Source: Guillardia theta CCMP2712
Lineage: Eukaryota > Protista > Cryptophyta
Reading direction: 5' to 3'
Length of the DNA: 64,000 bases
Assembly (NCBI RefSeq): GCF_000315625.1
Contig: NW_005434661.1
Coordinates: forward strand, 5,764 to 69,763
Shown: positions 13,913-27,400 of the stretch, piece after piece
Position numbering within the stretch: the stretch's first letter is position 1
Layout of the letters: each line of letters begins with the position of its first letter
The notes under the pieces: generated by a model
The model's database searches: none
The model's input: only the letters and a program-made list of their open reading frames with translations
What the model was told of the DNA's origin: nothing
Translations under genes and position numbers: made by a program

Positions 13913-15599
13913 CTACCAGAAGCGATTTCTCTTTGGAGGAGGCGCTTTGTTGCCCCAGTCGTAGCAGAAGTCCATCTCGTGCCCGAGCTCACTCATGGCG
14001 TCAAGAACTTGCTGTAAACAGCAGATCATGAAATGGGAAGCCCTTGCACAAGAACACCTGCTTCATGCCATCGTAGTCCGGCTCATCCTCGAAGGAGAGG
14101 CTTCGACTGTTGAGTTATCGGCTCAGTGCGAGAAGGACAGGCAGTGCGATCGACCTGTACTGGAGAAGTTGAGGAATGACTGAGGGAAGCCCAGCACAAA
14201 GCTCTGCCATTGGTGTGTTCTTCTTGAGATTCTTGACACGATCCATCTGCCTGCGGACCGGTAGAGTCATTGAAAAGGACGACGGCGAGAAGGAGGAGGA
14301 GGAGGAGGAGGAGGAGGAGGAGGAGGAGGGAGGGGGAGGGAGGGGGAGGAGGAGGAGGAGGGGGAGGTGGAGGAGGCGGTGGTGGTGGATGAGGAGGAGG
14401 AGAAGGAGGAGGAGGTGGTGGTGGTGGTGGAGAGAAATCTGTCATACCTGGCTCTTGCCCACTGCTGCTTCTCTAATCCGTCGAACGTCTGAGCCTCCTC
14501 CTTGCACCAGGGCAACCCTCCTCGCATGAGATAGATCTGCGCGAGGTCAGAAAAGTGAACAAGGCATGGGCGATACAGACCAGGACGTACATAAGCTCTT
14601 CCAGGTCATCGCGCCTTGATTGCTCGTATCCCTCATGCTTGGGGATGCTTGCATAGCGCAAAGTTCCTCTCAGAGAATCCCTAGAGCAAGTCATTACACG
14701 ACAAAACGACAAGGATGAGCCACTTGGACTTCTTGCACGGCACGTGGTTGCCTTGCTCGTCTTGGAAGAAGTCGCTCAGGCCGTAGTCGATCAAGTAGAC
14801 CTGCAGTCTGCGTCACAAGAGACGCGAGAAGCCAATCTACCTTGTTCGCTCGCTCCTTGACCCCCATGAGAAAGTTCTCAGGCTTGATGTCCCTGCAATA
14901 GAATCAGCTTCACTGCATGCACACGTCCAGTTGACCGATGGATGATGCCTCGAGAATGGATGTGGCTGAGACAGTCAAGCATCTGTCTGCGGGTGAGAAA
15001 GATCGATCCCTCCAGCTTCAGCTCACCTGATGTGCAAGCATCAGCCCCGTCTTGGTCGAGACCTGCCGTGACTTCAGCTCGCCCCCTACGGCAAGCGATC
15101 TTTACGCTTCTCTTATCCATGAGCTCGAGAAGATCCTCCATGTCCGGGCCCAGCAGCTCCATCACCAGGATGTTGCAGTTCTACGAGTCGTAAGATCCGT
15201 AGGCTGCTCGTCCTCCTCCTCACCTCTCCGTTCAGATCTCTCTTTCCCACCCAGTACACGTCGGCGATCCCTGGACCTCCTTGAAGGTGGATGAGAGTCT
15301 CTGCCTCCGCCCGCAGCGCGCTCACTTTCTGTCCGATGTCTCGCTCCGCCTTCACCGCCACCTGCGGCAGACTCTCAGCGGGAGCGAGCGACCTTTCCAG
15401 TCCTATGCCTCTTGCCCTGTCTTGAGGTCCGTTGCCAAGTAGATCCTCCCAAACGACCCGAACCCCATCTCCTGTACCTCCCCCACCTCTGGTCGTGGCC
15501 TCGCCCACACCGTTCCCTGCTTGGGAGGCTGTGCCCGATTACAAGCGAGAGGAGGCGCGAGCAGTCGAACTTACGGGTCTCGTCGCCTGGATAGTCCAT
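13913..15599 (-). CDS. casein kinase 1 family Ser/Thr kinase, multi-exon
   Basis: GSGSFGRIY, VAVKAE, LVMELLGPDMEDL, IHSRGIIHR/DIKPENFLMG, VYLIDYGLS, LRGTLRYASIPKHEGYEQSRRDDLEEL, FCYDW. Confidence 0.92.
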
Positions 15600-16683
15600 C
15601 CTCCTCCTGTTCCCTCGAGCTGCGATGGGACGATGAGATACTGCTCGTCTGGTTTCACCTGGCACCGCAACCCTCCAGCTGGACTCCGGAGACGCGCAGG
15701 AGGAGTCGCAGGCATGAAACCCAGGGACGGGTTGAGTTGGATAAAGAGGAGAAACCCGACATAGAAAACCAGGGGCGGAAGACAGGTTGCTTGCATTCCG
15801 TTGCAATCCTGCATCAAGTTTCACCCTGAACATGCTCGAACAAGAATGAAGGACTTCAATTGAGGACTTCAATTGGTTCACATTCTATTTCGATAACTAG
15901 CAAACGTGTTTCTCATATCTTGAGTTCTAGTAGGTAACCTCGTCCTGGGTGCTCAAACCCCCGGTTAGCCACCTATCTATGTTTAACGAAAGAATCTTAC
16001 TTCAAATATCCTATATATACAATGGTTTCCAATGCTTTCAAAGTTTCCTCGTAGACAAGACCAACTTGATGAGCAAAGGGACCCATATCCACTTGCCTTG
16101 TGACTCCTGGTAAAGTGTTTATAATTGGAGCTGCCCGATATTCTACCTCGTTGCTTCTGAGGGCCATTGCCTCTCTATTCCGTCATTCAATCAGCATGTA
16201 CCTTCTTACAGCACTAACTGATGATTAATCTGTCTTAATTCGCTTCCCTCCCCTTCGGTTCACCTTCTGTTTTGCTACTCTCTTGCATGTGCTGTCCGTT
16301 CTCTCCTCCCCCTCTTCCTCCTCCTCCTCCTCCTGTCTGAGCTCGCAGGCGCCTCATCTGTTCTCCTTTCTCGCGTTCCAACAATCTTGTATTTTCAAAT
16401 TTCTGACGCATTTGTACTACCAGGAAAATGACCTGAAATCAAGATTTTTGGATTGTTCTACATATTTATAAAATTTACCCCCATTTTGTAGGTACTGTTT
16501 TACAATAATGTATGATTGAAAAATATTTACAAGATATAAATAATTTGTATACACCAAACGTTTTGAAAATGGGGTGTTTTGACTTTTATAAAACTTCCTG
16601 TAAAAACCCTTTCACATGGGGAAGCCCGCCTCGGAAGATCGGGCTTCACCTTCCGTTACAACGAAACGGCACGTGCAGCCGCC

Positions 16684-17497
16684 ATGGGGAAAGCAAAGAA
16701 ACCGAACAAACAAATGGAAGATGAACGTGGAGGGGGAGGGGAGAAGAATGCCATGAGGGAGAAGTCATCTGACAAGCTCTTTGCCAAGCCGTTGAGAGGC
16801 ATCAGCAAGCAATCTCCCTCCCGTCCTGCAGCAAATTTAGGTGTACAGAATAAAATCATCGAGAAGATGAAGATGAGCTCAGAAAACATGTCAAGAGGGC
16901 AAAGAAAAAGACTGGCGAAGAAGTCAAATGTGATCAGAAGAAGTAAGTTATGCAGTGATGCTAGACGCTAGATCTCTGTGTATTTTGATGCTGGTTTCAC
17001 ACGCTTGACACCTTTTCCTGATAGAGGAGATCGGCTCTGCTATTGTATCGAAGGCTTTAAAGATACAGGATGGCAGTCTAGGGGTGACCTTCACTGTTAC
17101 AGAGAGATGGTATCATGACTATATGTCTGCAGGATTTGGATTGCCTTACCTTAGCTCTTCCTTCCTCTCAATCCTCAGCACCTTCACAACAGAACAAGAA
17201 GTGCGATCTTTGTCTGTCGAGGGCTGTTTTTGACAATTTTGGTCAGAGGCCCCGGCAAGATGACGATCAAGAAGCAAAGACGAATGCTCATTGCAGAGTC
17301 TCAACAACTCCAATCTGTAAGTTTCTTTCCTTCTTCCTTCCAAGATGATTTCAGTGTTGCTTTTTTCGTTCTTGTTCTGGCAGCGGTCTATGACGCAAGT
17401 CACGCAGGTTTTGACGCATCCTCTCTTCCAGTCAAATCCGATAGGAACAATCCACGATCACCTCGAGAACTCGATTCGACTTTCGAAAAGCGTCTAG
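16684..17497 (+). CDS. Slx9/FAM207A-like ribosome biogenesis protein
   Basis: Basic N-terminus with SRGQRKR; C-terminal ESQQLQS/VLTHPLFQSNPIGTIHDHLEN resembles the SLX9 family motif. Confidence 0.6.
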
Positions 17498-17778
17498 GGG
17501 TAGAACAATACCTCGCTGTATATTAGAGCCAGCTCACATTCTTTCAATTGCTATTAGACTTTAAAGAAATCTCAAGTCGATCACTTGCATGAAGCTAACT
17601 TGAAGGAACAGCTCTCACTGTGAAACACGATCGTGCATTTGCATTGCGCTGGATTGAGTTCGTCAGAACCCCTACCAATGACTCTCATTCAAGGGGTGAT
17701 TCGTGTCCATCTGGATTCGGATGGACGGGGTGCTAAGAGAATTTCGTGTGGGGTAGGGTCCTACATCTAAACGCCTCA

Positions 17779-18618
17779 ATGCACATTCTCGTCCGCTCAG
17801 CCGCCGCTGCCGCCTGCATGTTGGCATGCACAGAAGCGTTCGCTCCTCCTCCTCCATCAGGTGGTTCCTATCATAGCCTCCAATCTAGGCAGTCGGCAAG
17901 AGGAGCTGCAATGAAGCACGAGTCGAGCGTGACAAGCATCTCGAGAAGAAATGCCCTCCTAGCTGGAATTTCTATCGCTGGCTCATCGTTGCTGCCTCCT
18001 CTGAAGGCTCTTGCGGAGCCAGTAGCGGATGAGATCAAAGACTACAAGCTTGTTCAGATCTTTCAGGTTTCCCCTCTCCTGCTCTCTTTTATGGCCATTC
18101 ACAATGTGTATGACAGGAGTGCAAGGATCTTGGAGTTGTTCGATTCTTGTCAGTGAACCCCAATGGAGCTGTGCTAGAGGCTCTTGGAAAGTTTGATTAC
18201 TCGCTCGTTCCCTTTGAGATCCCCGGCAAGGGCCAATATGTCAGGATTGCTGGGCCGAACTCGCCGGATCACTTGGTAGCTTCCTTCGAATGCAGTATAA
18301 ACCTTGACAATGTGAGTAGTGATTTTGTTTGATGTCTCCTGACTTGAATGGAAGGCTGCGATTCTTGCCTTCGACAAGCTCTATGGGCCAACAGGAGAGC
18401 TGTACTCGCTGAGGATCATGAACGACAAGGGAGACAAGATCCTTTCGATTCTCCTCAACTATGACATCGAGGTATCCCTTCTCACACTGTCTTTCGTCAT
18501 GACACAGGCTCAGGGGAACGGAGGAAAGCCTGGCAAGTACTACAAGGGAGCAGTCGAGAAGTGGGAGGAGCTGCGCAAGAAGTACGGGGACGCCAACGGC
18601 GAGGTCAAGCTGAAATGA
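17779..18618 (+). CDS. ChuX/HutX-like (heme/tetrapyrrole-binding fold) protein with plastid + thylakoid-lumen (Tat) targeting
   Basis: Signal ...CTEA-FAP; RRNALL-hydrophobic-ALA Tat signal; spliced mature part FQECKDLGVVRFLSVNPNGAVLEALGK...YSLRIMNDKGDKILSILL...GKPGKYYKGAVEKWEELRKKYG resembles cyanobacterial HutX-like proteins. Confidence 0.7.
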
Positions 18619-18634
18619 GTCGTCTACTTTAGAG

Positions 18635-21600
18635 TCATTGCTTGGCTTGTCTATAGAGGCCTACAGGCCTATCGACTTCAGCATTAGTGAGCGGAGCGAT
18701 CTTGCGCTTGTAGAGGTAGTCAATGTCCTTCAGATCCTTCTTGTCCTTCTGCACTAGCGGCCTGAAGTTCTTGGAGTGGATTGAGGCGATCTTGCGCTCT
18801 TCCCTCACGCCAGGCGCTATCGGCTCGACCCTGGAGAAGCAGAGGGGTGAGGAGAAAGGGGAGGATTGGCAAGGCATACCATCGCATGAAGTTCTTGTTC
18901 TTGTCTAGCGTCTTTTCAACCACAGTCTTCACCTGCCCGAGTGTAAGCATGCTCTACTCGCACCGCAGTGTCGTACCCCGTAGGTCTCGTGAACGTAGGT
19001 GTTCACACGGTCCAGGAACGGCTCGCCGTCGAAGATGGAGGGAGGAAACTCAGCACCTGGTTGACATCCTTCTTTGCCGGGCCTGCGCCATGTCAGGCAA
19101 GGGGAAGGAGGCGGGGAGGGAGAGATCACATAGTCTTGAGAGACTTCTTCATGGGGCTCAGCTTCAGCATCGCCTTGTACTTGTCCATTCGCGCTCCTCC
19201 ATCCGACCACTGGACATGGAACCGTCGGTCATCCACCACCTTCTTCTTTTCCCAGGTATTGTACCTGGTGCAGGTCAGAAGCAAGCACAAGGTCAAGGAG
19301 CTTCTCAGAGCTTCTCACAGCTGCGACTTGCGCTCCTGCATCTCCAACGCTGCTCCCCCCTCAGCTGAGAACACTGACTTGAAGAACTCGGGGTTCTTTT
19401 CAAAGAGCTGGGGCTGAGCTGGATACCGGATGCTAAAATCTGGCTGTCCAGGTAGGAGGTTGCTCGTTGCACCCTCGCGCGAGCTGAGGTTCCACTCGTT
19501 CTCGATGTACTCGCCGTGATCCGACGTAGGAGCAGACTTGTCCACCTGCGCTTCCCGGAACTCCATCACGCTCCGCGCCTTTGGCCATCGGAATCCTTCA
19601 GCTGTGATCCACCTGGATCGGGACCTTGCGACCTCTTCTCGTGCTGCTGTCTCAGGGTCCTGCAAGGCACCACGAGGTCACAGACAAGACACGGCAAGCA
19701 GCACGAAACAGTGGAAAGACCTGCAGCACGAAAGCGCCCGACAGAAGGTCCTTGCTGAAGGTGTAGTGAACTTTGCCGTAGTCCCGCGTGAATTTCTTCC
19801 GCAGGAAGTCGCGCTGTATGTTTGAGTACTGAAGGTACTGCCCACTGTAGTTGTACACCTCCTCGACTGAGACCGGCAGCTGCTCTCGTCGCTTCTGCTT
19901 GTCTGCTCGCACAGCGTCTCGGTTCTGGGCAACAAAGTCGACCTCTGCTGGCTTAGTGGCGAGGAATTGAACGTAAGCTGCGTTGGACGCGTCCGTCGGA
20001 GCTTTCGTCTTGGGCCGTGGCATCGTGCTGGCAGCCACAAGCTCCTCCTTAGTCAGTGCCGGCATCTGCTCCTCCTCCTCCTTCGTCTTGCGACTTCTTA
20101 GCTGTTGTGGCTTACCTGTTTCGTCTTCAATGCTGAGGACATCGCCTAGCTTCTTGTACATGTGTTCAAGTTGGTCTACTTCAGGAAAGAGCGCAAGGTC
20201 TCGGAGCTTCTTCATCCTTCCCGAGTGTGAGATTTCATGCAGGCGGATCATAGCTATAGCAGTCAGGCGATACTTGGGTTGCAAGTAGGCGTCCACACGT
20301 AGGATCAGATGTCTTAGAGTCTCTCGCAGCTTGATGCGTTTGAGGTTCAGCGGGTACTGCCAGTAGAGGCGGGTCGGGAAGCTGATCTCTGGGTTGTAGA
20401 GCATGCGAAACGTCTTGGAGTTCCTTTCACATCGCGGATTCTCGTCGAGGAGTTTTTGAATTCCCTTGCCAGCCAATCCTTCGAGGATGAAGATCCTGTA
20501 GTTGTTGTCGATGACCTGAACTCCCGTCACGATGTCGAAGTTGGGGCTCTGCGCCTGCTCCTCCCTCAGCTCGATCCCATTCAGCACCTTCTCCATCATG
20601 TCCAGCGTCGCTCCAGCGCTCTTGAGCTTTGCGAGCGTGTCGAACGCCAGGGCGGCTTCTCTGGTCTCCTGCTTCTCTTCCTCTGAGGCGGACTGACTAT
20701 ACTGCGCCAAGAAGTCTGCGTTGATGCGAACCACGGACCTGACGAGGCTGGCCAGCATCTCGGCATTGGAGTACTCGATGCGGTACACCACCCGCTGGAA
20801 CGCGCCCTCCCTCTCCTCCCTCTCCTTTCTCAGCGGTCGTGCCAGCCTGAGCCGCACCAAGAGGCAGCTCCCGCAGTCCACGTACGGCCGTTGAGCAGGA
20901 CGTTGATGAGCTGAGAAATCTGGGTACTTTATGCGCTTCGGCCGCACGAGGCATCGCTGAGTCGAGAGGAGATCGCCCGAAGCCAAGGGATGGAGGAGAA
21001 CTTCACATGTAGCGAAAGAGTTGGCAGGAAGCTTTTCCTCTCCTCGCTGCTTGTCAATCGATTTCAACCCGCTCCATCGTGACAGCACCGAGTCCGATGA
21101 CGCCTCTTCCTCTTCCTCGGACCGTGGGGGTTGCTCCTTCTCTTCCTCTTCCTGATGCTCTTCCAATCTGTCTTGATCGTGCAGCTCGATGTTTACAATA
21201 CCATCTTTCATGTACCGCAGCAGATCGCTTTGGTTGACTAACCCTGCCAAGAATACTTTGGTATGATTGAAGACTACCTGTCTGTCCTGCAAAATGACTG
21301 TTTACAACGGTTGATACTAAAGTAGTCATCCTCTTACCTGCGCAACGCTGTTGGTGTAGATCTCTTTGCACCATTCTGGAGACTCATCGCCGGAATGATT
21401 GTTGGCTTCTTCACTCAGCGGATCGGGCATGAACACATACTTGCAGTATGCAGGTTTGAACCTGCTCCTCACCTCCTCTGTACACAACATCCTTGGATTG
21501 CAGCCATCCTTCCAAGTTTTCCCCATCTCGTATCTAGAGGGGTCTGGGAGGTCTTCAGCAGACAGGATCTTGATGCTCAGCGGATTCAAAACATCTTTCA

Positions 21601-22159
21601 ATCTCTCTGACAGGAATGGATGTTGGATTACAAAACTGACTTGAAAATCAACCAGGAAGAACGGCTTAGCCCACAGTGGAGTGTTCAACAACGAGGCTCC
21701 CACAACGATCTCATTCTCTCCAGAAACGAAAGGAGCGAAATCCACAGGGAGAATCAGCAAAGGAGCATCCATACTCTTTCTTTGCAGGGTGATGGCGCCG
21801 TCTACTTGTTTGCACATGCGGACGACAAGGTCCCTGCTGACCCTGCAGGTGTTTTCAATGGTTGTCCTCCACACAAATCCATCAGCTTCGTTTGCTTTTC
21901 CTTCATCGCTCTCATCTTTGAAGCTGATCGCGTCAGTATCTGACTGCTGCCCATCGAACAACGACAAGTTGAAGAAAGCATCCCAATCCTCTTCCAGTTC
22001 CCCCTGTTCCTCCGCAGCTCTGTCTCCTCCTTCTCCTTCTTCGTCGCCCTCTCCTTCAGCACGATCATGCTGAGGGGGGTCGTCTGGGGGTCTTCGTCTC
22101 ACTTCAATTCGTGCAGACACGACAACATCTGTTTCCTCCTCCTCTGACTCTCCTGCCAT
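18635..22159 (-). CDS. CFAP92/KIAA1257-like cilia-associated protein, multi-exon
   Basis: LNPLSIKILSAEDLP...PAYCKYVF, VFLAG...IELHDQDR, IVTGVQVIDNNYRIFILEGLAG, IKLRETL, VYNYSGQ, FRWPK motifs in CFAP92 order. Confidence 0.7.
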
Positions 22160-23431
22160 CTCCGTCGCCCAGGCTGTTAGCCAGGGGTGCGTCCGTTAAA
22201 CGGTGATGACGGCCCGGGGGCGGGGCCTGGCAGTGGCAGTGGGGCAAGGGTCAGTGGGGCCTATTGAACCCCGGGCCGGGAGTCCGAGCCAGCGCCGTTC
22301 GCATCTGAGACTGCCGCCCGCCCTCCGGGACCCGGTGAACTTGGCAAGTTGGCCCCGGACTGAGTGGCACCGGCGTGACTCAGTAAGCAATCCGACCGCC
22401 GTGCACCGACTCCTCCGATCAGCGGCACCCAATCCGGGATCCGACGCCGGGGCCGGGACTCGACTCGGACGGTTCAGCCGCTGCACTGCGGCAGTGAACC
22501 GTTCGGAAGGCTCACCGCCAGTACTACGGTATGCCACGATCCGATGCCCTCATCACCCGGGCCGGCCCGGTACCGTTACTGAGGCCACGGTGCGCCGCTG
22601 CGTCCGACCGGAGTCGGGCCCGGGGCCCGGCCGGGCGTCCCGTCGGCCCTGGTGGCCCGCCAGTCACCCATGTACTACCCCAACAGTTGAACATCGAAGG
22701 ATACACCGTTTCAAGGCTGAAACCCTCAGATACGGTGAGGCAGTCTTGCCCAGAGCTGAAAAGTATGATTATTTCAACGATTCAAGGAAACATGCGACCG
22801 TGAAGAAAAGTTTTAGGGTTTCAAAAATACATCTATGTATTGCAGATACAAATATAGAACAGTTTTTCAAGTGTAACATATTTTTATTTCATCCCACGGT
22901 CGAATGGTTGCACGGTTACGACCCTTTGACCACGCTGATAGAGCTAGACCAATGGGTACTGGTTTATACCCCCCATGTTGCCTTGGCTTTGCCCTTAGTT
23001 TTGGGGGTATCTTACAAACCACCCCATTGAAAAACTACCCTCCCGTTACAGCAATGCGACTGTTGGATTCCATTGACCCTCTCATGGAGATACCATTCCT
23101 AGGACCCTACTATGATTTATGGTCATGAAGGGACGTATTCTTTTGATTCTGTGTTGGACTACCCCACCCTCTCTTTACAGGTTCGAAGATTGTTTCTCTG
23201 GAGAGCCTGCAGTGAGGGACCGGTGGTGGAACCTTTCACGGGTGCGGAAGGGATGTTTTCAGGGCGAAGTCATTGATCCTTTGTTGAACTGTGGGGTGGG
23301 TACACAATTAATAAGGAGCTGACAGCTGAGTAGGGGTAGGTGTACAGTGATCACGTTTACGTGTGATAACAGGGTGGGTCCTATTGTAGGTGTTCTCCAT
23401 GGGTGTAAAGAGGGTAGGGGTTTGATGATTT

Positions 23432-23557
23432 TCATGTGACTATCACGTGACTATCATGTGACTATATTTTGACTCTTTTTATTCACCGCATTGTACCCAA
23501 AATCTCCCACGTGATACGGAAACCCCATAAGATAATGATCACGTGATAGTCACATGA
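23432..23557. repeat. inverted repeat built from 11-bp TCAYGTGACTA units (MITE-like)
   Basis: 23432-23450 TCATGTGACTATCACGTGA is the exact reverse complement of 23539-23557. Confidence 0.7.
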
Positions 23558-24432
23558 CTATCACATGTGTTTTCGGCTCCTAAGGACGGGACACAAAAGC
23601 AAGCTTCGAAGAGTATGCTTTTCGCTCCGATTCCTTTGTGGGGGTGGGTTGAAACGAGAGGGTACGGGGTCATAGGATTGGTGGCTCTCAGGGGTGTGAG
23701 GTCATATCAAAGGAATATCATTGCAGGGGTAGGTGGGTTGAAACTAGGGGTGAAGAATTATCTGTGGGGTACTAAGTTATAATGGGGTAGTGGAAGGGAC
23801 CCAAGAAATGCAGCTGACAGGAAGCAGACAGGGGAGGGAGTGCGGTGGACAGTGAGGGAGAGAAGGATGGGAGGAAGTGTAAGAAACGAGACTAGGTGCA
23901 ATGACCATGTTGTTTTCAAACACGTCTGTATGGAACTGTGGGAATATGAGTAGAGAGGTTAAAGGGGCAAGGAAAAAAGCTTGTTCGAAATCTGTTTCGT
24001 GTCATACGTTTGTCTGGCAGCCATTTGGCGGGGGCCATCGTTGTCGATATTTTAAGTTTTGTCATTGGAACATAAGATTGAAATCTTCTTCACGCGAATG
24101 CCCTCTCAACCACAAATTCAGTATATCAGAATATCGCTACCTATTCCAAATTTTCATGCTAGATTTTGTATCTATTTGATTGTTACTATGGAACACCACA
24201 CCCACTTTCTGTTCGAACTGATTCGGTGCTACATGTGACCTTGGCACCCAGTAGAACTGTTGTAGTGTTGAATCTTTAGCCTGTCCTGCCTGTCAAATCT
24301 TCAGATTTGTTTTTATTATCCCGTGTTGATTATGGTATATCCAGGTCGCAAACCCTAAATCAGATTGCTAATGACAAGCTTGTGCGCCGTGGACTAGAAT
24401 TCTGACGGAAAAGAACCCCTACAACAACCATC

Positions 24433-27400
24433 ATGTTGTCTTGCGCATCAGTCTGGCCGTTCCTCTTCCTTCTCGGGAGCTTGTCATCAGCTACCGCATT
24501 TCATCCCAGTGGTTTTGGGGGCTGGACTGATGGGTTGCTGCGACCGCGAAGCATCGCGGGGTCTGTCACATCGCTGGGGTCACGATGCTCGATCAAGCTC
24601 AGTGCCTACCATGGCAGAAAGGACGCTGCCAGCCGTGGGTTGGTGGGGATAGCAGACAACACTCGAGAAGGAGGGGATGAAACCAGGCGGCAGTTGTCAG
24701 CACAGGAGAAGAAAATGCTCAAAGTCCTCAGTGAGCGGATGAAAGCTCGGGACAAAAAGACGCCAGAGAAGCCGTCTGACGGCCGAGCTTCAGTCGAGTC
24801 GCAAGAGGTTTGAAGACGATCTGTGTGCTCCCTCGTGACTTTGGCATAGGTTGCCATGGAGAAGCAGCGGCTGCAGGAGAAGCTGAACTTGAGAGACAAG
24901 AGCCTCTCGGTCAACTCGGTAGAATCTCAGTTCTCCGGTTTCTCGGATGATAGCGTCGGACTGTCAGTCTCAGAGCTCTCGGTGACGCAGTTGCTTCTTG
25001 CTGCTCTTCGCTGACGATTTGGCGCAGGAGACCAACGCCCATTCCTCTCCTTCGCTAAAGAGAATTCTTACCAACGAGAGCGCGAGCAAAGGGTTTTCCC
25101 CCAAGGCCAAGAAGGTGACTTGCAGCATTTCGGTCTTTCGTTCGCTGAATTGACGTGACAAGGTCAAGGAAAGGCATGACGTGAAGCAGACACGAAGCGC
25201 TGAGCCATCATGTAGAGTTTCCTGGCATAATTCTTAATCTGAATGTCTTGTGTCTCAGATGTGAAGGGGGTTGGTGGGCTTCCCAAGAACTTGACAGCGA
25301 TTTCTCGACTCTCCGAGTTGCTGGACACGCTGGAGCCCTACGCGGCAAATGCCAACGACTGTAGAATCCCAGCATCCGACGCCGTGGGGGCTCTGAACCG
25401 CTTGAAGAGACTTCGTCATCAAGCGACCAATCCTAGTCTTGAGACAAGGTATGGCAGCCATGGGTCGGCTGTGCATTCCTTAAGCCATGCTGGCAGGCTC
25501 TCCTTTCAGATGCAGGTGTTCGGCTCAGTAGCACTCGAAGACGTGTCTGCCATGTCCGGGAAACTGGTCTCACTCATCGTCAATGCCATCGCGCACTCCA
25601 GGAGTCACACTCGACTGCTCAAGGCGGCTGGCGATCGTGCGCGAATTCTTGCCGAGAGCGGTAAGAGCTGCTGCTGGTTGGGCCCTCACGCCTGACCCTG
25701 TGCTCAGCTATCCATGGCGACGTTGACATCCTCGACGTCCAAGCAGTCTCAGTGATTCTCAATGGATTTGCACGAGCAGGAATACGCGATGAGAAACTGT
25801 TTGCCTCCCTCTCGAGTGTTGCTCTTGTCCTCTCAAACAGCAGGCGGCAAGATTTCTGTGCTCAAGCGATTTCCATCATCGTCAATGCGTTTGCGAAGTT
25901 GCAAATCAGAGATGAGGCATTGTTTGACAACCTTGCGAGCTGTGCGTTGGATGTTTCTCCCTCAGATTTCAGTCCACAAGCGATCGCCAACATCATGAAC
26001 GCGTATGCCCGGCACGACCTGCTCAACCTCCAGCTGTTTGGCTTTCTCAGCAAAGTGGCTCGGAGCATCCCGGCGGCGGACTGGCTACCAAGACATTTGG
26101 CAATCGTTGCCAACGCGTTGGCTAAGCTTGAGATCAGAGACCAGGAGGTGAGAGGGAGGATGGAGGGCTGAGGTTGTCCTGGTTGGGCCTGACCTGCTTG
26201 TCCAGCTCCTCGCTTGGCTGACTCAGGCGGTTCGCTCTCACCCACCAGAAACTTTCGATCTTCAGGCGGTCGCCAACCTCCTCAACGCCTTCGGCAAGCT
26301 CTCGGGCACTTCGACCGACCGCCAGCTACTGCGACATCTATCAGTTGCGCTGAAGGGACTGCACATGCAGCAGTTCGACCCGTCCTCGCTCGCCAGCTCC
26401 CTCCATGGCTTCGTGTGCACCGGATTCGTGGACGAGAAAGTCTTTCTGAAGCTGACGAGAGTCGCCAAGTCGCTCGATCCTCTGCTGTTTGACGCTCAAT
26501 CAGTGAGCACAATCATGCACTCCATCGCCAAGACGGAGGTGAAGGGAACGAGAAGAGGCACTGCGAGTATGACAATTTCTGCAGATTCGCGATGAATCTT
26601 TGTTCAAACGGATGTCGTTCATCGTCCGTCAGATGGAATTTATCCTCGAGTCTCAGAGTATTGCGCTCATCATCAACGCATGTGCCAAGGTGAAGTTGAT
26701 CAGGAGAGAGGAGGGAGAAGATGACGATGGCGACAGGTTGACTATCAAGACGAGCTGCTCATGAAGCACCTCTCCCGCATCGCACAGACTTTGCCGCCGG
26801 ACAGTTTTCTTCCGCAACACATTGAGAACGTTCTCAACGGGTTTGCAAAGTTGAACTTCAAGGATAAGCAGCTCTTCCAGCATATGGCAACGGTACTGAC
26901 CTTCTTTCTCCCAGCCCTACACTCCTTCCTCGTTGCCCTCTGCTTCTGCCTGCGTTCTCACTCGTTGCTCAGGTGGTCACCTCCACTCCCCGGGAGGCTT
27001 TCGATGCGCAGGCAGTCGCCATCATCATGAACGCGTATGGGAGGATGCATCCTACCGAGCAGTGCACTCGAGAGGTCTTCAGCTACCTTGACAGCAACAT
27101 CTTCCCGCAGCTTCCCTCCTCCTCCTTCAACGCAACTTCCATTGCTATCGTCCTCAACAGCTGCGCCAAGGCCGGGATCAAGGCCGACGCCGTCGACCGC
27201 CTCCTCCTCAAGCTGAGCCAGGAGCTCGACAACGAGAACCTGCAGCTTGACGGCCGTCAGATCGCCAGCCTCCTGCATGCCATCGCCACGTTGAACCTGC
27301 AGGTGGCCACCAGAGCTACTCCCTCCTCCTTCTTCCTTCCTCCTTCATGTCACGTCCTCCTGCTCTTCCTGCGCCGGATCTGTTTGGTCGAGTATTGTTG

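Noticed and set aside
22203-23030. 275-aa ORF in GC-rich DNA
   Set aside because: No recognisable motifs; runs across compositionally different repeat segments, likely a chance ORF
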